Source: Promethearchaeota archaeon (lineage in GTDB: Archaea > Asgardarchaeota > Lokiarchaeia > Sigyniarchaeales > SOKP01). From it: a stretch of DNA of 64,000 nucleotides. Below, one piece after another: positions 19,578 to 29,295 of the stretch. The DNA is taken from NCBI GenBank assembly GCA_048938025.1, contig JBHLMP010000007.1:19881-83880 (forward strand). The letters run 5' to 3'. Every line of letters begins with the position of its first letter. The stretch's first letter is position 1. A program made the position numbers and the translations under genes. Below the pieces are notes generated by a model that made no database searches, was not told where the DNA came from, and saw only the letters and a program-made list of their open reading frames with translations.

Positions 19578-20504
19578 TTAGATTAATTCGTTTAAAATTT
19601 TCGTTAAATCTTCAAGAAAATCGGGAAATTTATCTAAAAAATCCTCCTTTTGATTTTCTTTAATTACAACTGAAGCAAAAAATATCTCTGATTTAATCTT
19701 CAATCTGTGAAGATATGTTAGAAGTTTATCTTCAATTGTGAAAAAATTATGATTTTCATCATATGATTCCTCTTGCATTCTTTTGAGCAAAAATAGATGC
19801 TCCTTTATTGATTCTAAAAGCTCAATATAAGTATCTGTCTCTATTTCCTCGCTATAATATTCTGAAATAATTATTCCATTTCTATCAAACACAATAAGAG
19901 CTTGACTATTAAACTGTTCCAAATAATTCTCTAACAATTCAGAAAGTTCAAAAAATTTCTCATCAAAAACAGAAAGCCCATATGAAACTAATTGTATAAC
20001 AGAAATAATATCATATATAGAACTTCGTTGAAATAATACCTTAAATGTTGAATATTTGTTACAAATCATTTCTCTTAATTTTTCAATATTGACTAATATT
20101 GTTTCATCATTCTTCAAATCAGGGTCATATTTATGAAAAGTAACAATAATTGGTACATTCATATCACTTTCTTTAAAAAATTGTAAAATAGAGTTCAAAT
20201 ATTCAAGAGAGTTATCAAATCTGTTTGGATCTTGAATATCAATTACATAAATAAGCAAGTCGGTCCCATCAAAATATACATCCTGATTCTTTTGATAGAT
20301 TTCTCTATAGATTTCTTGTCCTCCCATGTCCCAAAAATTTACTAATGTCGTTAGAAAATTCATTTTATGATATTCGACTCTAATGGTTGGCTTTAGTTCC
20401 ATGATATCTCTTTGAAAATCATATTTTTTATCTAAAGCGGTTAAAATTGACGTCTTACCTGCATTATCAAGCCCTGAGACCACAATTTTTTTTAAGCTTT
20501 CCAT
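19578..20504 (-). CDS. Small GTPase (Arf/Rag-like) with C-terminal roadblock/longin-like domain
   Basis: GLDNAGKT, KPT, WDMGGQ, HKYD, SSIYD; C-terminal ALIVFDRNGIIISE. Confidence 0.88.
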   Translation of the reverse strand: MESLKKIVVSGLDNAGKTSILTALDKKYDFQRDIMELKPTIRVEYHKMNFLTTLVNFWDMGGQEIYREIYQKNQDVYFDGTDLLIYVIDIQDPNRFDNSLEYLNSILQFFKESDMNVPIIVTFHKYDPDLKNDETILVNIEKLREMICNKYSTFKVLFQRSSIYDIISVIQLVSYGLSVFDEKFFELSELLENYLEQFNSQALIVFDRNGIIISEYYSEEIETDTYIELLESIKEHLFLLKRMQEESYDENHNFFTIEDKLLTYLHRLKIKSEIFFASVVIKENQKEDFLDKFPDFLEDLTKILNELI

Positions 20505-20886
20505 TTAAATCCCACTTGTTCTATTTAGCTATTTTTTGAGTTTAATAAATATTATTTTCAACGAATATTCTTTATAGATATTTATTAATTTTAATAAAAA
20601 AAAAGATTTATTTAAATTACTATTATTTTTAGTTTTATTTCAATATACGGAACATAACTAATTCTTTTTGACTTTCTTATTTTTATTATATTTATTTGGA
20701 TATTGTAAAAAATTTATCTGGATATTATCTATATATTCTATAACTTTTTTATACGTTAAAGGCGTGTTAAAACGCCTAGTTTTAATGCTGTTTTAATAAC
20801 ATAAGTATGATATACCTATTTTTTAACGGGGATAGAGTGTTTTCTATCAATTATTAATAAAATGTAATTTTAAGAAGGTGTATTAA

Positions 20887-21087
20887 TTGATTGATTTGGA
20901 AAACAAATTTTTGGAAAATTTACATTTTCGTATTACTCTGAAGAAACAAACCATTAAACCATTTAAAAAATTCCCCGTTTTTACATCAGAATTAGAAAAA
21001 AGTGAAGAAGAATTAGTAAATATTCACGTACGAGATAAATACCAAATAATAATAGAAGAATTGGATAACCTAATGAAAAAATCCTAA
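20887..21087 (+). CDS. Small hypothetical protein
   Basis: 66-aa ORF preceded by an AAGGTG SD-like motif. Confidence 0.55.
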   Translation: MIDLENKFLENLHFRITLKKQTIKPFKKFPVFTSELEKSEEELVNIHVRDKYQIIIEELDNLMKKS

Positions 21088-21121
21088 TAAATAATTATTT
21101 TTTTCTACTATTTTAGATAAT

Positions 21122-21544
21122 CTACTCCCCCACAATAGTACAATAAATCGTTCTAGATCGCGGTTTTTCATCACATTCAATAAAAATAATTTGTTGCCAT
21201 GTTCCTAGGATTAACTGTTGGTTTTTAAAAGGAAAAGTTTGGGAAGTCTTGAGAAGAAAACTTCTAAGATGTCCTGCTCCGTTATTATCACCCCAAGTTT
21301 GATGATGTTTATAGTTCTTATCGTAAGGAATAACTCTTTCTAGAAATTCCTTTATGTCATGTTGGACTAATCCTGGTTCAAATTCAACAGTAGAAATAGC
21401 TCCAGTGGAACCTCCAATATGCACATTAACCAACCCATCTTTAATTCCACTTTTTTTTACTGAATTCCAAACATGTGAAGTTATATTGATAACGTCACAA
21501 TATGCTTTAGAATTTAATTTAAATGATTTGAAAATCACAGCCAT
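21122..21544 (-). CDS. yjbQ: YjbQ / UPF0047 family protein
   Basis: GSTGA..VEFEPGL, YKH...GDNNGAGHL, LGTWQQI. Confidence 0.92.
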   Translation of the reverse strand: MAVIFKSFKLNSKAYCDVINITSHVWNSVKKSGIKDGLVNVHIGGSTGAISTVEFEPGLVQHDIKEFLERVIPYDKNYKHHQTWGDNNGAGHLRSFLLKTSQTFPFKNQQLILGTWQQIIFIECDEKPRSRTIYCTIVGE

Positions 21545-21545
21545 T

Positions 21546-22604
21546 TTACTTCAATTCTAATTTATTACATATATTTATTCTTTTAATTTGCTTTAATACC
21601 GATTTAGGTAATATTGTTTCATTACCTTCCAATAATGCAAAAATTTTTGACAAAATAAGAAGTTCATCTTGGTTAAATCCCTTAATATTACTCCAACCAT
21701 GTGATCCTGATTCTGCTTCAATACAAATAAAAAATGGTGCTTTTTTATATTTTAAACATTTTTTATCTTTGCATTTTTCGCAGACAATAGGAAAATAATA
21801 CACATTGCCATTTTTAAGATAAATAGAGAACGTGCCAAAGTTTTTATTCTTTATTCGAATCCAATTCTGATATTTATCTTCAACTTTAATCCCAATTTTG
21901 GATAGAAAATTGGTTAAAGCATTTATATTAATTTTTTTATATATTTTTTCGCCATGAGGCTGCGGTTCATAATAATCATTACAATTATCTCTAACTCCAG
22001 AATGATTAATTAGTGATTGTAAAGGAATTAGATTAATAATATAACAATTTTCCATTTCTTTTCTTTTTATCTTACTTAAGCTGATTGAGCAGATTTGGTC
22101 TAAAATTTCAAAAGGTTCTGAAATTTCATTAATTTGAATATTATTATTTTTTACTAAAAATCTAAAATCTTCATTTTCAAATTGAGCATTGACAATCTCT
22201 TCTTTTGAAAATTTTTCAAGAATTACGCAAAAAATTATCGTTATTGCTGGCATTCTAAGTCTAATTTCACTAAAGTAATGATAAATTTGATCTATTTTTG
22301 AATCTGATATAAAAACTAGCATTGCTTCAGCTCCATTGTAAAAAACAGTCCGTAAGAAAGACCGCCGTTGCCTGCAATCTATATTCCATAAAAGAAACTC
22401 AAATTTTTGATGTCTTTTAGTTAATTGATAGAAATATTCAATTCTGCTTATATTTACACCAATGTTCTCCTTATTTTCTATAGGAAGACAATTTGAACTT
22501 ATTTTTTTCTGAAATTCATTTTTATATAACTCAGTTCCCCCTAGAAGACAAATTTTCTTTTTAAGGTAATGTTCAATAGGTTCAAGAAGTTCACATGAAT
22601 TCAA
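21546..22604 (-). CDS. Degenerate Rab/Ras-like GTPase fold fused to a Cys-rich C-terminal domain
   Basis: KKICLLG, NIGV, FLLWN, FLRTVFYNGA; P-loop GK[ST] and DxxGQ are missing; CEKC..KKC..FICIE in the tail. Confidence 0.7.
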   Translation of the reverse strand: MNSCELLEPIEHYLKKKICLLGGTELYKNEFQKKISSNCLPIENKENIGVNISRIEYFYQLTKRHQKFEFLLWNIDCRQRRSFLRTVFYNGAEAMLVFISDSKIDQIYHYFSEIRLRMPAITIIFCVILEKFSKEEIVNAQFENEDFRFLVKNNNIQINEISEPFEILDQICSISLSKIKRKEMENCYIINLIPLQSLINHSGVRDNCNDYYEPQPHGEKIYKKININALTNFLSKIGIKVEDKYQNWIRIKNKNFGTFSIYLKNGNVYYFPIVCEKCKDKKCLKYKKAPFFICIEAESGSHGWSNIKGFNQDELLILSKIFALLEGNETILPKSVLKQIKRINICNKLELK

Positions 22605-22725
22605 TGTAACACCTCTAGATGTAATAGAACTTTTTTATTAAAAAATTTTTTTAAAAAGTTTTTTTATTAATTCTAATTTATCCATTTTAATAAGATATGC
22701 TACAATCAAATTTTATGATTTAATA

Positions 22726-23148
22726 ATGAGCGAGAAATTAAAGGATTTCTTGAAAAAAATTCATGATCCTAAAAATAAGATTCCAGAATATGCTTCTATA
22801 ATAGTTCGCCCTGGAAAAAAATTGATTGATATTAAAATTCGTAAGGAAGATGCTAATATTTTGAAAGTGTCTGCTCATGATGATCAATCATCTGGTTGGT
22901 TTTTACACTCTGTTCATATTCCTATTAAAAACTTAGGCATACCAGAGGATTCTAAAGATAAGAATATATTAGAGTTTTTATCCAATCCTAATAAAATTAC
23001 AAGTAATAAGCAAACTAAGGAATATATTGAAGATTTATTGAGAAAATACGTTGAAATCTTACCAGAAAAAAAGAAGCACTTTTTCAAAACGGAAAGATTT
23101 AAGAAAAAGAAAGAATTTAAAGTAGGGACCCAACTCAAGGGATTTTAA
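22726..23148 (+). CDS. Hypothetical basic protein
   Basis: 140-aa ORF with ATG start filling an otherwise empty gap. Confidence 0.7.
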   Translation: MSEKLKDFLKKIHDPKNKIPEYASIIVRPGKKLIDIKIRKEDANILKVSAHDDQSSGWFLHSVHIPIKNLGIPEDSKDKNILEFLSNPNKITSNKQTKEYIEDLLRKYVEILPEKKKHFFKTERFKKKKEFKVGTQLKGF

Positions 23149-23484
23149 CTATTTAATTTTACAACCTGGAGGAATAGATCTCCTTCTTTCATCAATTTTG
23201 AGTAAATACGGCTCACTTTTAAAGTCAGCTGCGAGTAGCATACCCTGGCTTTCAATACCCATAATTTTTTTGGTTTTTAAATTAGTTAATACGACAATCT
23301 TTTCATTAACTAGTTCTTTAGGTGAATAATATAATGAAATTCCTGTCAGAATTTGTCTAAGATTTTTTTCACCGCAATCCACCATCAATTTATAGAGATT
23401 TCGGGATTTAGGGATATTTTCACAACTCTTTATTAGTCCAACTCTTATATCTAATTTAATAAAATCTTTATACTCAATTTCCAT
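23149..23484 (-). CDS. tRNA-binding OB-fold protein (Trbp111/CsaA/MetRS C-terminal-like)
   Basis: DFIKLDIRVG, RQILTGI, NL..KKIMGIESQGMLLAA. Confidence 0.92.
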   Translation of the reverse strand: MEIEYKDFIKLDIRVGLIKSCENIPKSRNLYKLMVDCGEKNLRQILTGISLYYSPKELVNEKIVVLTNLKTKKIMGIESQGMLLAADFKSEPYLLKIDERRRSIPPGCKIK

Positions 23485-23491
23485 AAAATTC

Positions 23492-24358
23492 TCAACTTCT
23501 TAATGGCATTCCATTCAAATTAACATATTCTTTCATTTTTGGCTTTATTTCTCGATATGGATTTTTAACATTTTTAATTTTTCTTCCAAAAGTCAAGTAT
23601 CCTGTATGACCGATCATTCTTACTTCTGGACGTGTTGCATTTTCTTTAACTTGTATTCTTCTTTTCAGTAATTCATATGTATTTATTTCAACAAAATCAT
23701 TATTTCTTAATGCGAAAGTAGTTTTTTTTACCTGCTCAATTGTAGGGGAAAAGGAAACCAATATCCCACTTAATTTTAAATAATTTTTAACTTTCTCCAC
23801 GGCTTTCCATGGTGTTGCTATATCTAAAATAATAGCATCGATATCTTTATGATCATTTATATCAGTTAATATGTCTCCATATTGTACAGTAATAACATCT
23901 TGTAAGTTAGCTTTTAGGATGTTCTTTTTTGCTCTTTTAAGAGATTTTTCACGAATATCATATGAATAGACATGTCCACTTGGTTTTACATAATTTCCTA
24001 AAATACAAGTTAAACCTCCAGAACCACAGCCCGCTTCAATAACAATACTTCCAGGTCCAATTCCTGAGTAAATTATAATTAATCCAGCATCTTCTGGATA
24101 AATAATTTGTGTTTTTCTGGTCATATGAAGAACATAATCAGAAGGTATAGGTTTTAAAACTAAAAATCTATATCCTTGACTTTCATAAGGTTTGGAGAAA
24201 ATCACAGACCCAAAAGGTTTTCCAATAATATTATCAAATTCAATAATTCCTCTATGTGTGTGAAAACTACCTCCTGCTTTTGCTTGAATTAACCATCTTC
24301 TTCTATCATCAAGGATTAAGAAGATTAAATCATTTTCTTTTATTATATTTGCGTTCAT
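23492..24358 (-). CDS. trmI: tRNA (adenine-N1)-methyltransferase TrmI
   Basis: RKTQIIYPED, EAGCGSG, LDIATPW, FSPTIEQV, RP..RMIGHTGYL. Confidence 0.94.
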   Translation of the reverse strand: MNANIIKENDLIFLILDDRRRWLIQAKAGGSFHTHRGIIEFDNIIGKPFGSVIFSKPYESQGYRFLVLKPIPSDYVLHMTRKTQIIYPEDAGLIIIYSGIGPGSIVIEAGCGSGGLTCILGNYVKPSGHVYSYDIREKSLKRAKKNILKANLQDVITVQYGDILTDINDHKDIDAIILDIATPWKAVEKVKNYLKLSGILVSFSPTIEQVKKTTFALRNNDFVEINTYELLKRRIQVKENATRPEVRMIGHTGYLTFGRKIKNVKNPYREIKPKMKEYVNLNGMPLRS

Positions 24359-24538
24359 AATATCTTTTAAACTACTTTTTCATTTATTTCTATAATATTT
24401 ACATATCTTTAATTTTTTACCATATAATTCCTTATATTATTAGCTTCTTTACAAAAAATATATAAAAAATATTATATTTTCACACATAACTAAATTTATA
24501 AAATTCTTTTTTATAAATATTCATTAATGAATTAATTT

Positions 24539-25444
24539 ATGAGCAAGGATAAAACCCATAATTCTCAAAACTATAGAATATCCTTTAGGGACCTCCAACA
24601 TCAAATTGAAGACTTTAGACAAAAAAGAGACGAATTAAATGTAAAAACAAAGGATTATATCAATACTTTACAAGAAATTGAGATAGATATCAATAATACT
24701 TTAAAAATTGCGAAGGAAAAATATAGAAAAAAAAGAGATTATTGGAATAATAAAGTAAAGAAATTAAAAGAGAAAAAAATAGAGTATAAGACCCTATTGG
24801 ACAATTTTATAGAGGAAAAGAAAAAAATTCAAAAATCTACTAATGATGGTAAAGCTTCAAAAAGTTTTATTTCTATTAAACAGATTGAACGTAAAATTGA
24901 TAATTTAGAAAGAAAAATAGAAACTGAAAATCTCAATATTGCTGAAGAAAATGCTATTATTGATGATATCAGAAAATTAGCTGAAATGAAGCAAGAATTT
25001 TTAGGTGAACGTCAAAATAGTGATCTCTTTAAACTTGAACGTAAAATTGAGATAGTAAAAATCAATCTAAATAAAATCTATGAGCAATTAAATAAATGGT
25101 CAAATAAATCACAAGAGAATCATGCTAAAATGCAAGATCTCTTCCAAAGAGTAAATACCTTAAAAGAAAAAAAGAAAAAAATGGAGGAAGTGTTAATAGA
25201 AAATAAAAAAACAGCTGATCATTATCATGAACAGTTTTTGAAATTAATGAATCAAAGAAGAAAATTTTCTAAAGGTAAACGACCTTATTATACAAGTAAA
25301 AAACCTACTCCAAGTACTAAAAAGAATGAGTTGCTTGAAAAATTAAAGCAAGATAAATTAGAAAAAGCGTTAGAAAAACAGAAAGCTGGTAAAAAATTAA
25401 ATTTATATGAAGCAAGATTAATTTTAGAAAAATCAAAAGGATAA
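24539..25444 (+). CDS. Archaeal coiled-coil protein (COG1340-like)
   Basis: K/E-rich heptads, KRDELN, LERKIET..L...EE, C-terminal GKKLNLYE. Confidence 0.8.
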   Translation: MSKDKTHNSQNYRISFRDLQHQIEDFRQKRDELNVKTKDYINTLQEIEIDINNTLKIAKEKYRKKRDYWNNKVKKLKEKKIEYKTLLDNFIEEKKKIQKSTNDGKASKSFISIKQIERKIDNLERKIETENLNIAEENAIIDDIRKLAEMKQEFLGERQNSDLFKLERKIEIVKINLNKIYEQLNKWSNKSQENHAKMQDLFQRVNTLKEKKKKMEEVLIENKKTADHYHEQFLKLMNQRRKFSKGKRPYYTSKKPTPSTKKNELLEKLKQDKLEKALEKQKAGKKLNLYEARLILEKSKG

Positions 25445-25650
25445 TTTGATAAAATTACTGCTTAAAATTTTATCAATTCTTATAAAAAGACTTTATTGTT
25501 TTTGAATTATCTTAATATTTGAATTAATTGATAAATTTAGAACATAATAGTAGAGCTTAAAATTCGAATTTTTGACATAAGATTTAAAAAAATTGAAAAT
25601 TTATTATTTTATTAAGATTTAAAATAAAATAAAAAAGGATTTGAGTAAAT

Positions 25651-26979
25651 TTGAGTAAGAAACTAAGTGAAATCCGAAAACTTTTGATGGAGCATCATGA
25701 ATGGTTTAAAAATAGTATTCCATTAATCGCTTCGGAAAACATTACAAGTCCAGCTGTAGATGAAGCTTGTTGTTGTGATTTTAGTCATCGGTATGCAGAA
25801 GGATGGAGTGGACAACGTGTTTATGCGGGGTGTAGGTATATTGACCAAGTGGAAGATATTTGTATGGACCTTGCTAAAGAGTATTTTGATTGTATTCACG
25901 CGGATGTTCGTCCAGTTTCCGGAGTTGTAGCAAATTTAGTTATGTACAATGCCTTTACTTTAGATAATAATGGGAAAATGTGTTGTATGTCAATTGTTCG
26001 GGGGGGTCATATTTCACATGGTCCGCGATTTGCCAAAAGTGGAAGAGAGATCTTTGGTACAGCTGGAACTACAAGAGGATTAAATGTAGAATATCTTGCT
26101 TTTGATAATGATGAAATGAATCTTGACATTGATGCTTCCGCAAAAATTATAAGAGAATTTGAACCAAATTTAGTACTATTTGGTGGATCAGTTTTCCTAT
26201 TTCCACATCCGGTAAAAGAACTTGGTGAAGTTGCAAAAGAAGTTGGAGCTTCTGTAGGTTATGATGGTGCTCATGTTGCAGGATTGATTGGTTCAGGCTT
26301 TTTTCAAGATCCTCTAAGAGAGGGTGCTGATGCAATGACAATGAGTACACATAAGACACTTCCAGGTCCTCAGCATGGTGCTCTAGTATCGAATAGAGAA
26401 GATCTAATTGAGACATTAAGATCTTGCGCTTTTCCAGCTTTATTATCTAATCATCATCTCCATAATGTTGCGGGATTAGCCATAGCGCTAACCGAAATGC
26501 TCGAGTTCGGTAAAGAATATCATAAAAACGTCATCGAAAATGCTAAAGCTTTAGGAGCCGCTTTGCATGAACGAGGATTAAAAGTGTTAATGGAACATAA
26601 GGACTTTACGGAATCCCATCAGATTGTTGTGGATATCACCGATTATGAGAAAACTATTGGGTTAGGAGGAGATATCGAAAAATTATTAGAAGAAGCAAAT
26701 ATTATAATCAATCGTAATCTTTTACCCTACGATATCGCAGAAGGTCGGCATTATCAAAATCCAGGAGGATTAAGATTAGGAACATCTGAAGTTACAAGAC
26801 TCGGCATGGGTAAAAGTGAAATGATAGATATTGCTGAGTTTTTCAAAAATTTGATAATAGATAAAAAAGATCCAAAAAAGGTTAAAGATGAGGTAGCTGA
26901 TTTTAGAAAAAACTATCAAGAGATTAAATATTGCTTTCAAACTCCAAATAAAGCTTATGAGTATCTTAAGTTTTTTTAA
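25651..26979 (+). CDS. glyA: Serine hydroxymethyltransferase (archaeal type)
   Basis: LIASEN, HRYAEG, GGHISH, YDGAH, STHKTLPGP, GLRLGT. Confidence 0.96.
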   Translation: MSKKLSEIRKLLMEHHEWFKNSIPLIASENITSPAVDEACCCDFSHRYAEGWSGQRVYAGCRYIDQVEDICMDLAKEYFDCIHADVRPVSGVVANLVMYNAFTLDNNGKMCCMSIVRGGHISHGPRFAKSGREIFGTAGTTRGLNVEYLAFDNDEMNLDIDASAKIIREFEPNLVLFGGSVFLFPHPVKELGEVAKEVGASVGYDGAHVAGLIGSGFFQDPLREGADAMTMSTHKTLPGPQHGALVSNREDLIETLRSCAFPALLSNHHLHNVAGLAIALTEMLEFGKEYHKNVIENAKALGAALHERGLKVLMEHKDFTESHQIVVDITDYEKTIGLGGDIEKLLEEANIIINRNLLPYDIAEGRHYQNPGGLRLGTSEVTRLGMGKSEMIDIAEFFKNLIIDKKDPKKVKDEVADFRKNYQEIKYCFQTPNKAYEYLKFF

Positions 26980-27085
26980 TACTTAATTATCTTCTTTTTT
27001 AATTAGAATAATAAAACTTATCTAAAATGATAGATTCTCTAGTTTATTCGAATTTTATAAAGAAAATTAAAATATTCAAATCATT

Positions 27086-27919
27086 ATGGATCTCGAAGTT
27101 CTTGAAAAAAGTGATCATAAGTTAACCTTTGTTGTTGAAGGATTGTCGATTGAAATGGCTAATGCCATTAGGAGAATAGTTCTCGCCGAAATTCCAGTTA
27201 TGGCTATAGATGAAGTAATTATTCTTAAAAATGACAGCCCACTATATGACGAAATTGTATCTCATCGATTAGGCATGATACCTCTTAAGACTGATTTAAA
27301 AGCGTATAATCTGCCAAGGGACTGTACTTGTAAGGGATTTGGGTGCCCATTGTGTCAGGTTTCCTTAACCTGTGAGGTCACTAATACTACAAATATGCCT
27401 TTAGATATATATTCTGGTGATTTGAAATCAAATGATCCAAAAATTATACCTGTTGATCCAAAGATTCCAATTGCAAAAATCGATAAAAATGACAAAGTTA
27501 TATTAGAGGCTTACGCAATTTTAGGGTTAGCTAAAGATCATGTAAAATGGCAAGCAGTTTCAAATATTTTTTATCGATTTTATCCAATTATTGATTTTGA
27601 TGATACTAATTGTATAAAATGTCCTGATAAATGTATTGTATCTAGAATGTGCCCAGAGAAATTATATGACTTCTCAGACAAAAAAACACCTAAATTAGTA
27701 GAAGATTACTGGAAATTATGTACACTATGTAATTCTTGTCAACAAGTTTGTCCAGAAGGAGCCATAAAAGTGAGTTGGAAAGAAAATACTTATATTTTTT
27801 CAATCGAATCAGACGGTGTTTTACCTTTTAACATACTTATTGAGAAAGTTTTTGAAATATTTTTAGGTAAAATTGATGAATTTACTGAAAGGCTTGGAGA
27901 TATTGAAATAGAATCGTAA
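27086..27919 (+). CDS. rpoD: DNA-directed RNA polymerase subunit D (Rpo3)
   Basis: ANAIRR..LAEIP, YDE..SHRLGMIPL, KDHVKWQ, IESDG. Confidence 0.95.
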   Translation: MDLEVLEKSDHKLTFVVEGLSIEMANAIRRIVLAEIPVMAIDEVIILKNDSPLYDEIVSHRLGMIPLKTDLKAYNLPRDCTCKGFGCPLCQVSLTCEVTNTTNMPLDIYSGDLKSNDPKIIPVDPKIPIAKIDKNDKVILEAYAILGLAKDHVKWQAVSNIFYRFYPIIDFDDTNCIKCPDKCIVSRMCPEKLYDFSDKKTPKLVEDYWKLCTLCNSCQQVCPEGAIKVSWKENTYIFSIESDGVLPFNILIEKVFEIFLGKIDEFTERLGDIEIES

Positions 27920-27986
27920 TGTATAAAAAATTTATTAAAATATTAAGAATTTTAAAAATCACATTTTAAAAAAGTGTTTTACTCTT

Positions 27987-28343
27987 ATGTCTCATAAAAT
28001 AACTGGTCCAAGCAACTATTATCATAGGAAATTAATAAGAGATCTATGGAAGACACAAATTAAAATTTGGAGAACAATCTCGAAAAAAATAAGTGGTTCA
28101 AGAAAAAATAGGGTTAAAGCGAATTTGTATCGTATTAATAAAAAAACAAGAAAGAATGATACTATAGTAATTCCAGGAAAAGTTTTAGGGATTGGTAATC
28201 TGGATCATACTTTAACAATTGCCTGTTTAGAATATTCGAAATCTGTTAAAAAGAAAATAGAAGCTTCGGGAAGCAAACTGATGTCGATTGAAGAATTATT
28301 AGAACAAAATCCAAAAGGGACAGGTGTAAAAATTTTTTATTAA
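27987..28343 (+). CDS. rpl18e: 50S ribosomal protein L18e
   Basis: IW..I, NL.RINK, VIPGKVLG.G, NPKG. Confidence 0.93.
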   Translation: MSHKITGPSNYYHRKLIRDLWKTQIKIWRTISKKISGSRKNRVKANLYRINKKTRKNDTIVIPGKVLGIGNLDHTLTIACLEYSKSVKKKIEASGSKLMSIEELLEQNPKGTGVKIFY

Positions 28344-28378
28344 CAAGAGGGAAATCAACTGGATAAAGTGTTAAATCT

Positions 28379-28852
28379 ATGGTTATTGATTATCAATTAT
28401 TAGATGCTAAGGATAAGATCTTAGGGAGATTTTGCAGTCAAGTTGCCAAAAAAGCGTTATTGGGTGAATATATAGTAATTATTAATGCTAAAGATGCCAT
28501 TATAAGTGGAAATAAAAAAGATATTCAAGAAAAATATTTAGCCAAACTTAATATTAGTACAGCTACAAATCCAAGGAGAGGTCCATTTTGGCCAAGAAGA
28601 CCAGATAATTTTATGAGAAATGTAATTAAAAAGATGCTCCCTAGAAAGAAAATACGTGGCAAGGAAGCTTTTAAAAGAGTCCATGTTTATATCTCAGATA
28701 TTCCTGAACGTTTTAAGAAACAGTATCAAAAGTTAACTCCTATTGATATTTCCCACTCAGATAAAAAACGTTTGTCATACTATAATAAATATATAACACT
28801 AGAAACCTTATGCCATCGAATCGGTTGGAAAAAACAAATTGTTGAGGTTTAA
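28379..28852 (+). CDS. rpl13: 50S ribosomal protein L13
   Basis: DA...ILGR.S.VAK..L.G, GPFWPRRPD, MLPRK. Confidence 0.94.
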   Translation: MVIDYQLLDAKDKILGRFCSQVAKKALLGEYIVIINAKDAIISGNKKDIQEKYLAKLNISTATNPRRGPFWPRRPDNFMRNVIKKMLPRKKIRGKEAFKRVHVYISDIPERFKKQYQKLTPIDISHSDKKRLSYYNKYITLETLCHRIGWKKQIVEV

Positions 28853-28857
28853 TTAAT

Positions 28858-29268
28858 ATGTCAATGAAAATAATTCAATCATCAGGAAAAAGAAAAACAG
28901 CAATAGCAAGAGCTGTTCTATCACATCCCGCAAAAGGACAAATTAAAATTAATAATGTTCCCTTAGAATTATATAACCCCGAGATAGCAAGATTTAGAAT
29001 TCAAGAAGTATTAGAGATTGCTAGTCATCCAAAATTGAACAAGTGTGATATTAGTATAAAAGTAAAGGGTGGTGGTACAATGAGTCAAACCGAAGCTGTA
29101 CGCATAGCAATTGCTAAAGCTATTAACAAGTTTATTGGAACTAAAACTATCGAACGAAATTTTAGAGAATATGATGATTCATTATTGAGTGGCGATTCAA
29201 GAAGAACGGAGCCAAAAAAATTCGGAGGGAAAAAAGCTAGAAAGAGAAGACAAAAATCTTTCAGATAA
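28858..29268 (+). CDS. rps9: 30S ribosomal protein S9
   Basis: SGKRKTAIARA, VKGGG, D.RRTEPKKFGG..AR...QKSFR. Confidence 0.96.
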   Translation: MSMKIIQSSGKRKTAIARAVLSHPAKGQIKINNVPLELYNPEIARFRIQEVLEIASHPKLNKCDISIKVKGGGTMSQTEAVRIAIAKAINKFIGTKTIERNFREYDDSLLSGDSRRTEPKKFGGKKARKRRQKSFR

Positions 29269-29275
29269 ATAAATT

Positions 29276-29287
29276 AAAAAAAAAAAA
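29276..29287 (-). terminator. Putative oligo-T terminator of aroA
   Basis: A12 on + (T12 on -) just past the aroA stop in a convergent gap. Confidence 0.35.
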
Positions 29288-29295
29288 CACTATTT

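Noticed and set aside
20754-20828. tRNA gene
   Set aside because: Cloverleaf-like pairing, but no T-loop or D-loop consensus, wrong arm lengths and too AT-rich.
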